This document shows, piece by piece, positions 31,004 to 47,608 of a DNA stretch of 64,000 bases (its first letter is position 1; each line of letters starts with the position of its first letter). Origin of the DNA: the human T2T-CHM13v2.0 reference genome, Homo sapiens; the NCBI RefSeq assembly GCF_009914755.1, contig NC_060925.1. One strand, given 5' to 3'. The notes beneath the pieces are model-generated. The model worked only from the letters and a program-made list of their open reading frames with translations, was not told the DNA's origin and did no database searches. A program made the position numbers and the translations under genes.

Positions 31004-33571
31004 GTACTGTGGATAAAAAGCTGATACTGTTTTCTTACCATATGAAGTAAACTAATTATTTAGAGATGTGCTAGGTAGCTATGCTTTTACGGTATTATAA
31101 CTACTGGTTAATAATCAATATTTTACTGATCTATAGAACCATAATTAACACAGTGGTCAAAGGTTAAGTACTTTGTTGCTGAATTTTAATTTATGATATA
31201 CTTTCTTCTTCATTTATCTTTGTCTCTAACTTGTTAGAAACCCTGGCCATACTAAAATAAATGATCAAGTCTCCAAGTAATTTTGTATAGAGACAGCTAA
31301 ACAGTACTGAAGAATTTAAAATGTAAGGCCTGTTTAAAAAAAAAAAAAAAGAAAAATAGAAAGGGATAGACGGGTTAGAGTAACAAAGCGACTTAATGCG
31401 GTTATCTGCTAAATTATTTTGCTTTGAGTACAGTAATTAAATCTTAGCCTTTAGTTAGGAAGTTTTCAAGAGCTTAGTTGGGTTTCTAATTTTTTTTGAG
31501 CTTTTATTTCTTAACCTCTTCTTTTCCTTTATACAGGTCATTTTGTGATCCAGTATTTTAATTCAGAAAAATTTGAGAATACATAAATGAAACATGTAAT
31601 TATTACATGGTTTTGATTGTTTTCCCAGTTGGTGCTTTTACAGACTAAAGTAATTTTACAGAATAAAATAACTTAAATCACTTGAGTGTCATGGATCACT
31701 AATTTTCAAGGACTTGATGAGTTGCAAATATAGCTGAATACTTTGTTTTAGTAATTGCTTGCTAGCTAATATTAACACCTAATAGTATTTAAGAGGTAGA
31801 ATATGAAAATAGATAAACCACAAGGTTAAAATCTGGTTCAGAAAGATATATTATAAAACATTTTGGCATCCTTTGTAAACTATTACCTCAATTAAAGTAT
31901 AAGCATCTGGAGGCCAGAGGTCAGGTCTATTTTGTTCTTTCATAGTATCTTGCACCTTAATAAATATTTGCTAGTTGACTGATTGGTACTGGGGAAGGCA
32001 CTACAGAATAATTGTGCCATGTGAACTACATCGTAATTCTCTTTCTGCCTTGTGGTCTTGTAGCACTGATTCTTGTGTCCAAGTTACATTTCCAGTAGAT
32101 CAGTGCCAAATTGACTCCTTATAAACAGTAGGTACTTGAGATTTAGATGGAAAATTGTTCTTAGTATTTTAGTATTACCTAAATAAGCAAATTAAAAGAT
32201 TATTGGTCTGATTATTTTGGCCAGTAGAGAGAAATTATCCATCTGATATTTTGAGAGACTGCAAAGATACCAAGTGAATGAATATCCTGGCTATGTGTAT
32301 ACAATCAAAATTAGAAAGGCTTCAACTCATTATTGGGAGACTGTTGCAACACTCCAAGAGGGAGTTATTAATAATAAAGGTTTGAAGTAGGCTGGTGATA
32401 GTGAAAATGGAAAGGAATAATTGATTTTAAGATTTTACTGTGTAAGGTAAAATTTGTTAAAATTGACTTCTTAAATGCACAGAAACATTTCTTATATAGT
32501 GGGACACTTATAGAATGGGTTTATAGATGTTATATTTTTAAGATCCTGGTAGAATATCTTAATCTGTGTGGAAAATTCCTGTTAAAAATTTTTATTTTTC
32601 TGCAGTGAAGGGATTTATTTTAGTTATAGCATCACTTGTTTTCCTATGAAAGTATAATATAAAAATTATATCAAGTTGTAGAGGAATAAAATTTCACTTT
32701 TTGCTTTTTATCATCTTTTAAGTTTATAATACACCAATTGAAGGTGTTTTAACTACCCTGTATTACTAACCATCCTTGCTTTGCTATACTGCTTGTATAT
32801 TTATAGCTAGTGAAATTATGTAGTTGATTAATGTAAAAAATTATATGCATATTCTAAAACCACCCTTATACTTCAATTATTAAAATCATTTTTATAGGGA
32901 ACTTTTTGGGTCAGTATTTTTTTGGTTAATAGATGGAGAAATTGAAACCTTAAATCATCCACTGATTCCACATAAATAATTGGTGGTAGTCCTCTGATAT
33001 TTTGAGTGCCCTAAATCTAATAGATTGTGAAATTTTAAGGAAGTGGGATGATATGAGAATATTTGAGATTAAAGAAGAGATTTAAACAGATTGCATTTTT
33101 TGTTGTTCTTACAGTGTTGAATTTCTACATTTCTAGAATTGAACTCTTAACATTTTGAAACCAAATCAGAGTAACTCATTTCTTTCTTTTTTAATGAGCT
33201 CTTTCTAGGTGCAAGGGACTTTCCTAAGCCCTTGAGTCCTCTGTTGAACTCTTTTCTTCTCTGTGATTCCAAGTGTTTTGATTATATACATTTCTATTAA
33301 TGTTTAATTCTTGTGACATTTTCTTCTGAAATAAATTAGTATATCCTATTGAATTTCTATACTAACTTTTAAGAGACTCTTCCTCATTTTTAGCTATCTT
33401 CAGTGAGTTTTTAACACATTGTGAAGTGAACATCAGCAGTTATATTTGGATCCTAAGTCTAGTAGTGAAGATATGCCAGGGATATCTTTGGTTAGGACTG
33501 AGGAATGGAGCACATGGTTCAGTGTGAGGGCACATTATAATGTAGAAACTCACACTGTAATTTTCAAACAG

Positions 33572-33682
33572 AAAATGAGGTTCAGAGGAGCAGCATGAAC
33601 AACCTTAAACAAAAGTCATCAAAGAACAACTTGAAATTAGAAGGGAGTGAGAAGAGACCTCAAATGGGCTTTGGCAGTGAGG
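33572..33682 (+). CDS. Candidate alternative ATG4C exon X: (E)NEVQRSSMNNLKQKSSKNNLKLEGSEKRPQMGFGSE
   Basis: Branch-like CTCAC 33549-33553, ttttcaaacAG acceptor, strong AGG|GTATGT donor; 111 nt, open in phase 1-1; not recognisable as repeat. Confidence 0.6.
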
Positions 33683-33949
33683 GTATGTAAGAAAAGCTTT
33701 ATTAATAGACATGTCAGTTTGTTCTGATTGCTGGGTCCCCAATTCCAAATGTCAAATTTTAGGAGGTTCATACATTGGTAACTGTTTTAATCTACCTTAG
33801 GAAATTCAGAAATATTGGCAGTAAAACTATTAGAATTACGTGATGTGGGCATCTAGATTGGATGAGTGAATTCTTCAGTGAAAGATAATACCCTTTATGA
33901 ATTACACATGTGAACTGCAATTAGTAGTAGGTTTTTTTTATGTTGTCTT

Positions 33950-34110
33950 TTGGGTGGAGGATAGGGTCTTGCTCTGTTACCACTCCAGTTGGAGCGTAGT
34001 GTGTAATCTCAGCCCACTGTAGCCTTGACCTCCTGGGCTTTAGCGATCTCTCCACCTTAGCCACTCAAGTAGTTGGGATCACAGGTGGGTGCCACCATAC
34101 CCGGTTAATT
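33950..34110 (-). mobile_element. Alu right-arm monomer (FRAM/AluJ)
   Basis: Single degenerate arm. Confidence 0.8.
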
Positions 34111-34558
34111 ATCAGTAGGTACTTTTTACTAAGGGTATTTTCTAATTAACTGTCTTAGGAAGCTTCATCTGAATCACCAAAATAGCATAGCTGTACCTAT
34201 AAGCATATGTTTCAGTATGGTTTTGGTATGTTTAGGTAATTAGACTTCACTATTCTAAACAATAAGCCTAGAATAGTGCCTGTCATTTTGTAGGTGCCTA
34301 ATAACTATTAGGGCAATTGGTAAACAATGTATCAAAAAATGAAATAAATGGGAATTGATTCTCTCTGGCCAGTATTTCCAGAAACACTGTTACAGAAGTG
34401 TATCTAGTGAATACTCCTTAAAGTGCGTTTGTCAAGTAGATGCTACTCCTCTTACCAATCATTAGAATTTTAAAAATTAAAAAAAATCTTAAGTGCATAG
34501 CTCAAAAATTATCACGAAGTGAACATAGCCCTGAATTAGGAAAATATTTGAAAGTTTA

Positions 34559-34947
<389 letters not shown>

Positions 34948-35062
34948 GTTTAAATGATATAAAATGCCTCTCTGTTGTATGAGTCCTAGTGCTCATGCCG
35001 CAATACCCAATATCAGTTTAAGTGATCAGAGATTTATATCTGTGTTTTTGTGAATATTTTAA

Positions 35063-35495
<433 letters not shown>

Positions 35496-35558
35496 ACTCA
35501 AGTTCTTACATGAAAACTTTTACCAGTGCTTTAGTATAATATAGAATACCCTTTGTAG

Positions 35559-35623
35559 ATGAGTTCAAAAATATATTATTAGACCATGTACAAGCTTTTG
35601 GCCCTCCTTCTTATCCCCAACTG
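35559..35623 (+). CDS. Candidate alternative ATG4C exon Y: (D)EFKNILLDHVQAFGPPSYPQL
   Basis: ccctttgtAG acceptor, CTG|GTAAAA donor; 65 nt, open in phase 1-0 (same phases as exon 9). Confidence 0.55.
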
Positions 35624-36319
35624 GTAAAAAAGTTAAGAAACATTCCTTGTGATTGTCTTTCGAATGAGCTGGGCAAATGGTTATTTGTAGATACCATGTA
35701 TGTAGAATAATTTCTTATAAATATGACTTAGAACTGTGCCATATACCCTAATATACTCATATTCCTGTAAATTGTTAACTAACCAGTTTGTTTAGCTTTT
35801 CTGTGCTTTTCTAGTTCTGTTTTAAATATTTCTTTGCTAATGTAACAGGTAGATCAATGTTAGAAAAAGTCCAACTAAGATTATACTTGTATTGACTAGT
35901 GCCATGGAGGTTCCAGTTTAGCTAGGTTGAATCTCAGTATATAAAGTAAGTTAGCTAAGCATTTTGCAGAAGTCATAGTTTTGAAAACTCATATTTTGCC
36001 CTATATTGAGTGACATATTGTTGGATTTGAATCTAATATGCAGTTGAACTTTTCATTGGAAAAAAAAGCAGCTTGAATGTATATATTTTGCATATCTTTT
36101 GGTGATGATACGGGATACAAATTGGGTCACTAGGATGTACAGGGAGAGAAAGAGTGATTTTAATTGATTTCACCATGAACATAACAAATATGACAACTTA
36201 TTTTTTCCACACTTTAATAGATAGCATGAAGTTAAAAATCCCTTAGTTTTAGGCATTGAATGTAGGGAAACTATAATTTTATGAGCTCAAATCCAGCTCC
36301 CCTCCCCTCCCCTCCCATT

Positions 36320-36471
36320 AATGGAGTTGGAGTCTTGCCCTCTTGCCCAGGCTGAAGTGTAGTGGCACGATCATATCTTACTGCAGCTTCAAAACTTCTG
36401 GGCTCAAGCAGTCCTCCTGCCTCAGGCTCCTGAATAGCTGGGATTGTACATGGGAGCCACAGCACCCAGCT
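36320..36471 (-). mobile_element. Alu right-arm monomer
   Basis: Single arm with J-type diagnostics. Confidence 0.8.
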
Positions 36472-37578
36472 CCTAGATTATTTCTTAATTGAGCTTGTTC
36501 TTTAATTCAAAAATTTCCCACACTTATCTCCCATCTGCCCAGTTCTCTCCCTTTACCACAGACTTGTTAATTTTTGTATATCCTTAGTTTATTTATATAA
36601 ATATGAATATACAGTCTTATGTTCTTTTTAACACAAACTTATTTTTTCTACATACAGAAAAAGACTTGGTCACTTCAGTGATTTTTAAGGACAGGCTAAG
36701 CATTTAAGCATTAAAAAAATTTTTAAACATAGTACTAAGGTGTGATTGTGAGGAACAAAAAGATTGCAGTGATTACTTTTATATTCTGCCCTTTTTCTAC
36801 TTTTGTATTCCCTAAAGATGCCAAACTCTACTAACAGCCAAATCCATTAGCAAGACAGTAGAGAAACTAGGGCAGCCTCCCCAGCCCATTTATATCTGTG
36901 GCACTGTGTCTATTGGAGAAAAGTGAACTAAAGAGACAAAAGGACTGATGAGAAAGAGGGCAGGGACCATAATGGAATGGTTTCACCTGTTCCAGCCTGT
37001 TCCCTGAGAAGAAACAAGAATTAAAGCACACTCAAAGAGAAAGTTGAAGAATACGCAGTTATGTACTAATTGTGTGAATTGCTAAAACCCTCAAGTTGAC
37101 CTCTTTTTATGTCAATATAGAACATTTACCTGAGTCTGTGTATTTGTTTAAAAAGTCTCGATATCCTTGTTAAAAGGTTTATAAACATTAACCCAAAATC
37201 TCCAACAAAACAGACTTAACTGCATTTTAATAGAAATGGCTAACTTGATTCTAAGCCTCATACTTTTTTCATGTCTTTTTCATGTTTTCAAGTGTTAGAA
37301 ATGCATACCACTTTTGACACACTTCCTTTCTTTTGCAGAATGGCACTAATATCACAAAAGGTTGAAATTTGGTGAATTAAATATATAAAAATGTTGGCTC
37401 TTATATTTTACAGTTTTGCAGAGTGGAGAGGACCATCTGCGTAGGATGAACTAAAACACCATTTGAAAATCATGTTTATAGTGATGGGAAAAAGCTAGAT
37501 AGAAAATTTTAAATAATAGTTTTATATATACTTGTCTATCAAAGATAAATTAATCCTAAAGAACTTTAAAAATTACAG

Positions 37579-37698
37579 ACATTCCACTGCCCTTCTCCCA
37601 AAAAGATGTCTTTTCGAAAAATGGATCCCAGCTGTACAATAGGATTTTACTGTCGAAATGTTCAGGACTTCAAACGAGCTTCTGAAGAAATCACCAAG
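37579..37698 (+). CDS. ATG4C: ATG4C exon 10 (TFHCPSPKKMSFRKMDPSCTIGFYCRNVQDFKRASEEITK)
   Basis: ttacAG acceptor, AAG|GTATCT donor, 120 nt, phase 0-0; TFHC and MDPSxxxGF motifs. Confidence 0.98.
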
Positions 37699-37911
37699 GT
37701 ATCTTTATTTAAAATATTATATTTGTAAATGACCTAATTTTATTAGAAACAGACTGTCAGAAAGCAAAAACCTGTAAATTATAATTTTTTATAAAATTTC
37801 CTCTTGAATGTTAATATTATTAGGAGTATTGTGAATTGAAAAATAAAGCCATTTGAGGAATCTTAGCGTTTGAGGCAAATGAAATCTAGTGACAAGTTGA
37901 AAGTATTGATT

Positions 37912-37930
37912 GGTCCACTAGGTGGCACTG
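37912..37930 (+). promoter_or_regulatory. CTCF core motif
   Basis: GGTCCACTAGGTGGCACTG fits CCACYAGRKGGCRC with no mismatch. Confidence 0.7.
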
Positions 37931-38401
37931 TTGAAATAAAAATCCTGTTGCAAACGCTAGACCGGTCCAAGCAATTAGGTTATATTCTATTTGAAGAAGA
38001 TTTTAAAAGGGCAATCCCTTAGGGGTAGGAAAAAAATTAATGAAGTATTTGATCAAGCCAAATTGTGCATTATTTCTTGTTAGTCCAAGTGCTTCTTTGA
38101 TTTTTTTAAAAAGAGAAATGGTATTTTTGGATTTCTCAGAACTGCTTTATCAAATGAGCTGTGTTTTTACCTTTCAGTAAGCTTGTCTAATCTGATCTAT
38201 TCTACTTATAGGATCCTTGAAAGAGGTTTATTTAACTTCTTCTCATTACATTTATACTTCTACATTTTTTTGGTCCTTGAGTACTGCTAAAACATTTATG
38301 GAACCTTAATATCTGTCTCTATGTAGTATTTTAGAAAATAAAAAAAGACTGCTTTTTAAAGAAATACACATAGTTTGATAGCTCTTTATTTGTACCAGTA
38401 G

Positions 38402-38710
<309 letters not shown>

Positions 38711-40304
38711 TAATAGTAACTTATTACTGCTTTATTTCCAGTTAATTTTATTCAGGAAAGTGGACATAGTAAGTTGAAATTTTATTTTTACAATGTAAAA
38801 ATGGAATGATAAAAAATAAAACGTTTCATATAAGCTAGATTTAGTTTACTTGACCTGCCATATGAAAGAGGAAATTTAGCAGGAATGTGGCAGGAAAATG
38901 AATGAGGAAAGGAACAAATGAGATATGTGGGAACCATTCCATATTCTTCATTTCTCACAGTTGTTCTCTTTTCATTCTCCTTTTTCAACATGGAAGGCCA
39001 GGTGAACATAACAAAATATATATTTTTCATTTTTCCTCCTATTACTGGAAATTAGTATATGCATTTGTATATTTTAGTTTGACAGTTCTTTGTCTCTACA
39101 AAGTATCATGTATATGCTAAAGTATACAAATACAGGTGATATTGTGATATTTATTGATGTTGATGAACATTTTCCATTAAAAAGTCCCATTTCCCTGTTT
39201 CCATTCATGTATTTTCTATCTGGATGAAAATAAATATGTTTAAAACAGTAAAGCAGTTTACTCCTGGAATAGAAACAAACCAGATTATTATTACCAAATT
39301 AAAAAAAAAAGCAAAATTAAAAAATGTGTGCTGATATTTTCTAATTAAAGACACTTATGGCTTTTACATTGGAAAAATACTTAGAAATTATTATTCTTGA
39401 GCATCAGAATAATATGCATTAAGGCAAAGAGAAATTATGTTGAAATGTCTTTTGGAAGTACTGAGAATTTTGTAAGAATCAATTAACTTTGCTTTAATAA
39501 TAGTGTTCTTCTTAAGTCAATAGCTTTTTGTAGCAGTATCAAAAACTCACCATGTCAGTTAATGACACAGTTTCTTTTGCCTGGAAGGTTATAAGTTAAG
39601 CACTTGCCTTTTTTTCTTAAAAACTGAATTTGGCAGTTTTAGTTCAATCATTGTTTTTAACCCTTAAAAATTAAAATAACTTAAAATTATTTGTTTCTGT
39701 ATAAGATGTATCTTTTCAGTTTTCTCATTTTGAAAATGAAGCTGGTAGTCTAGAGTCTCATGTTTAATTCGTAATACCCTATGAACGAATAACTCCTTAT
39801 GCTATATGATTTTAAAATATTAATAAAAATTGTTAAACCAATTCAGTGTTTAGCAGAATTCAGTCTAGCAAGTATCTGCATAACTATCATATACAGAGCA
39901 CAAAATGACCAAGATACAATCTCTGCTTTTGAACAAGGTGTAAAACTTCCATCCTCAAGTAACGTTTATACTTCAGTAGGGGAAATAAGACAAGTAGACA
40001 TATATTACATTGAATATGGTAAGCATCCATATGGAAATAGAAATAAATTGATAGAGGAAAGAAGAGGGTTGAAATGAGAGAGATGTCACATCTAAGTCAA
40101 AGTACTTTATTGTGATGGTCATATTTAAGAAGGGCTTTAAAGTATAGGCTTAATTTCTACTGGCTTAGGGAAAGAGAAGGTTACTTCAAGCTGAGGAAAT
40201 ACCAAAAGGAAAAGTATAGAAGGAAAGTGGAGAGTTTGTCTAGAGAATGGCAAGTAGTCCAACTTGGTAGGTGCCAAGGCTTCATATTAGGCAGGGTTTC
40301 TGCT

Positions 40305-40402
40305 TCTACTGCCTGAATCAAAATCCCTAAAGGTGTGGCCTGGGAGTCTCCATTTCTGGCAAGCCTCCCACACAGTCTTGTGTGCCAAATTTGAGAACCA
40401 CT
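40305..40402. mobile_element. MER5-like hAT fragment
   Basis: ctgaatcaaaatcc...ggcctgggagtctccattt...tttgagaaccact. Confidence 0.65.
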
Positions 40403-40724
40403 TGCATAAGACAGGGCAACCCAAGATGTGACACTTGATGTTGTTTTTAGGTGGCACTAGGACAAACATTTTAATACTTAACATTAACTGGCATATTAAA
40501 TGTGTGACTTATTGATTTGTACAAGGCTATTTAGGTTAAAAATGATGAAAAGAAAAATATTCATTAATCATGATAGTGAAAGGGGTATATAAGTCTCTGA
40601 GTTTTGGGAAACACTGTTATAGGAAATACTGAAGGAAGAGTCTAGAAAAGTAGATTAGAATAATACTATGGAGAGTCTTGAATTAAAGCTGAAGAAGTTG
40701 TACTTTAGTAATATGTTGATTTTG

Positions 40725-42117
<1,393 letters not shown>

Positions 42118-42269
42118 TAGAATCAGTAAGACAGCCACTTAGAAAGTGGTGAGGGAAAGAGAGAGCTCACAGACAAGTCTGTTTTACATCTAGGTGACCA
42201 GGGGAACAAATTAATAGTTCATTAATATGGTGATTCATTTAGTCAGCAAATATGTGAGTGTTTTCATCC

Positions 42270-43470
<1,201 letters not shown>

Positions 43471-44689
43471 TCTGTCTGGAGCTGGATATGCAGTGGTAAA
43501 CAAGATAGTTGTGACTCCTGGCTTCATGAACTTATAGTCCAGTGGACATTAAACACACAAGTGTATAACAAAAATTAAAAGTTTCATCGAGAAGAAAATA
43601 CAGTGTCATGAGAAAGAAAAATAGAAGAGACATAATTTAATTTCGGGAGTGCAAAAAACGTTTAATAGTATATATTCACTGCATTTTTTGTAAGGATATT
43701 AACATGCCCATGAAACCTGCCCTATTTAAATCTACCACACAATGAGTAAAAAATCACCAGGAGAAGAGTGAGTGTCTTTCTAATCATAATGGACCTAATA
43801 GAGTTTCATGTCTTGCTTTAAGACTCTTGGAAGCCATGAATTAGGAGTAGGTAAAGTGAACAGTAGAGTTTGGCGTGTTTGGGAGAGCAGAATTTCAAGT
43901 CAGTTTAGTAGTATCTTTTATTTCGTTGAAATGGTCAACTGTGGAAATCCCTGTGGACAGGGAGGCAAATGGTCCGGGAGAGTTGAGAGTGGAAAACTTG
44001 AAGGTCAGATGAGTATGATGAAGTCAGGTTTACTGGAAGTGCCTCCAAAACAACCACTCTTCCGTTCTCTGCCTTCTTCAGACTTCAGCATCTCTATGGA
44101 ATAGTTCTATTTAACACTGTGTCTAATTTTCTATTAATAATCTTCCTCCCTACCTCCCCTCATGTCTGAGTAGTTAATTATGTTGTTGAAATCTTTTATG
44201 TTCTTTTTTCTTTCCCGTATGGTTTTTAAATTACAGAAAGACATGTTATAAAAGCCTCCTATTGTGATGGTAGGGTTGTCTGTTTCTCCTTTAAGTTCTT
44301 TTTTGTTTGTTTGTTTTATACATTTTGAGGCTTTGCTATTAGTTACATACAAACTTAGGACTGTTAGGTCTTCCTATTGAATTACAACTTTAAATGTTCC
44401 TCTATCTCTTAGTAATATTTCTTACCTTAAATTCTGTTTTTGTACTTTGTGTCATCAAAAACTTGAGTCCTGTAGGATTTTAAATTCCACAAGGCATTGT
44501 GTTTTAAAGAGTCAGTATTACCCTTTCTGATGCCCTTCATTTTTTTCCTGTTTTACTCTGCTTCCTTTTGGGATCATTTTGGTTGTCTCTGAAGAACTTT
44601 CTTTATTATTTCTTTTAATGCTGTTACCTGGTGATAAATTCTCTCAGCTTTTGTTTGAACACATCTTTTTTATGCCTTCATTTAAAAAT

Positions 44690-45310
44690 GGAAACAATAG
44701 CAAATTTATAGAAAAGTTGTAAATATAATGCAAATAATTTTTTTTCCTGAACCATTTGAGAATAAGTTGCTAGCATGATGCCCCATTAGCCTTGAATAGT
44801 TGAGTGTGCACTTCTTGCTTAGAAATAAAGACATTCTCCTACATAACCACAATATAACTATCAGAATCAGGAAAGTGGCATTGTACATTATCACCATTTA
44901 ATCCCCAAGAAACTATTCAGGTTTCACCAGTTGTCCCAGTAATGCTCTAGGTGGCAAAAAGATTGAGTTCACAATAATACCTTACATTTATATGTCTTAA
45001 ATCTTCTTTAATCTAGAACAGTTAATCATCTTTTTTGATTTTCACATTATATTTTTGAAGATAACAGGATACATGTTTCTTAGTTTTTTTACAGGACACT
45101 TTTGAAAATTTTGTAGATTGTCCTCTCAATTTGGGTTTGTCTGTACAGTTTCATCATTAATTTCAGGTTATACATCTTTGCCAGATATATCACCAAAGTG
45201 ATGCTATGTTTTTCTGATTGTTTCTTGGTGAATGGCATGCGATTTTTATTTTTATTGTTTCTTTATTGGTGATGCTAACTTTGACCCCTTGGTTAAAGTG
45301 ATGTCTGCCG
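44690..45310 (-). mobile_element. L1MC-like 3' end nested in older minus-strand L1M (about 44085-45560)
   Basis: ttcctgaaccatttgagaataagttgc..catgatgcccc; gacattctcctacataaccacaat. Confidence 0.75.
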
Positions 45311-45610
45311 CCTGCCAGGTTCCAGTCTGTCTTCAACATACCCAGTTGACCAGAATGACTTCTTCCACCCGGGCATGCATACCTGCTTTGCCCAGCCCCA
45401 TCTAGTGGCTTTAAAAATGAATTGTTTGGGAGGGGAAGGGAAGACGAAGAGCTTGCCTTTGTTGTTGAAGGATATTTTTACAGGATATAGAATTCCATGT
45501 TAACAGTTGTTTTCTTTCAGTATCTTAAAGATATTTATTCCATTATCTCTGGCTTCTTTAATTTCTTAATAGACTTTGCCTCTCTAAGATTTTTATTTCT
45601 CAAGACTTAA

Positions 45611-45961
<351 letters not shown>

Positions 45962-46289
45962 GTACTTTATCCATTTCTTGTGGTGGTTCTTGGTGGTAGG
46001 GTTGATTTGATACAAGCTACGCCATTATGATGCTCCTAATTAGTATATTTATAAAATACTTGTTTTAGTTATTTCTTTTAAGGTGTAAGGTGTGACTATA
46101 AACTAAAAATATTTTAAAAATTTTTAACACAGAAGTTTTGTTTCTATTTCATTAGAATTTTATGAGTACTATTTAGAGAGAGACATGAGATTAAAGTTTT
46201 ATCTTCTGTTCATCCAAAGAAATTATGGTACTGAAGTAAATTATAAAATAAAGTAAAATAACAAATGAAAATAATTTGGTTACTAAATA

Positions 46290-47005
46290 AATGACAACTC
46301 CATTTTCCTGGGTGCTCAGCCTAAAAACTGGATCCCTTGCTCTGTCTCACAAACCCCATGTCGTATGCATCAGCAAATCCCATCATCTCTTCTTTAAAAT
46401 ATACTTAGAATTTGATAATTTCTCACCACTCTCATTATTACCCTGGCCCATCCTCACATCTTCCTTGAGATTATTGCGGTAGCTCCCTAACTGATCTCCC
46501 TTGCTCTGTCTACAGTCTAGAATCAACATAGCCGCCAGAGTGATTTTGTTTAGAATGTAACTAAGATTGTGTTAATTTTTTAAAGAACCTTACAGTAGCT
46601 TTTTAACTCAGAGTAAAAGCCCAAACTCTTACAAACCCACAAGGCTTTATATAAATGGAATCTCTGCTTCTCCCTGCTGCCTCTTTGAACTCATTCCCTA
46701 CCATTTTCCCTAACTCTCTCAAGTCCAGCCACACTAGTCTCCTTGAAAATGATCAGTGCCCGCCCCTGTTTCACGGGTTTCGTTTGTTTCCTGTGCCTGG
46801 CATTCTCTTCCTACAGATATTCTCATGGTTCTCTCCCTTCTTTCAGATCTTTACTCAAGTGTCACATTCTTAGGCCTTCCCTGGGCACCCTTTATACTTC
46901 GTAATTGCCTTCCTTCATTGTTTTATTTTTCTCCTTAGCACATATCACTATACACATATACGTATATATTCTGCTGTATCATGTATGTATGTGTGTGTAT
47001 GTATG

Positions 47006-47059
<54 letters not shown>

Positions 47060-47232
47060 CACATACACACACATTCTGTTTAGTTATCTATCATCTGTTT
47101 ATTCCACTGGAATGTCATCTCAACAAGGGAAGGATTTTGTTGATTTTGTTTCTTTTTGTATCCCCAGTGCTTAGCACTGGCTATCACATTGTAGAAGGTC
47201 AGTAAATCATATTTGTTGAATGAAGAAATGAA
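46290..47232 (+). mobile_element. L2a 3' portion
   Basis: Ends tgtatccccagtgcttagcac...atatttgttgaatgaa. Confidence 0.8.
46981..47072. repeat. (TA)n microsatellite with TG/CA flanks
   Basis: About 23 pure TA units. Confidence 0.97.
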
Positions 47233-47608
47233 TTAAAAAGACTTTGTTATAAAGTTGTCTTATAAGTTAGTAAAGAGGTCAGTGATTGAGTTATAGAAAA
47301 TCTACAGTGTGTTTTTACCTACTTCTTCTATTTTCCTTAAATTGCTGTGGATTTATCTTAAAACTTGGGATAGTCCTTTTATTCAGTGCACAACTCAAAA
47401 TATGTTTTGTTCAAAAAATTAGTTTTCATATTTATTAAAGTAGTACATACACTAACTTTAAAAATGGAAATTGCGATAAAAGGCTTATGCTGAAAATCAG
47501 GAGTCCCTTGCCATTTTACTTCCCACTCCAAAGAATACCTCCTCAGGTATATTCACTTTTAACTCTTTTAGCTATTTATTTAGAATTTTAACTCTGCATT
47601 TCTAAGAA

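Noticed and set aside
36790-36990. Pyrimidine tract plus AAG acceptor and a TACTAAC motif as a third cryptic exon
   Set aside because: Stops in all three frames and no convincing donor.
37699-37707. Donor GTATCTTTA resembling U12-type GTATCCTT
   Set aside because: Mismatch at +6 and no TCCTTAAC-type branch site before the acceptor at 60122; treated as U2-type.
43808-44104. 98-aa ORF in sequence not assigned to a repeat
   Set aside because: No recognisable homology, splice context or promoter; within chance expectation.
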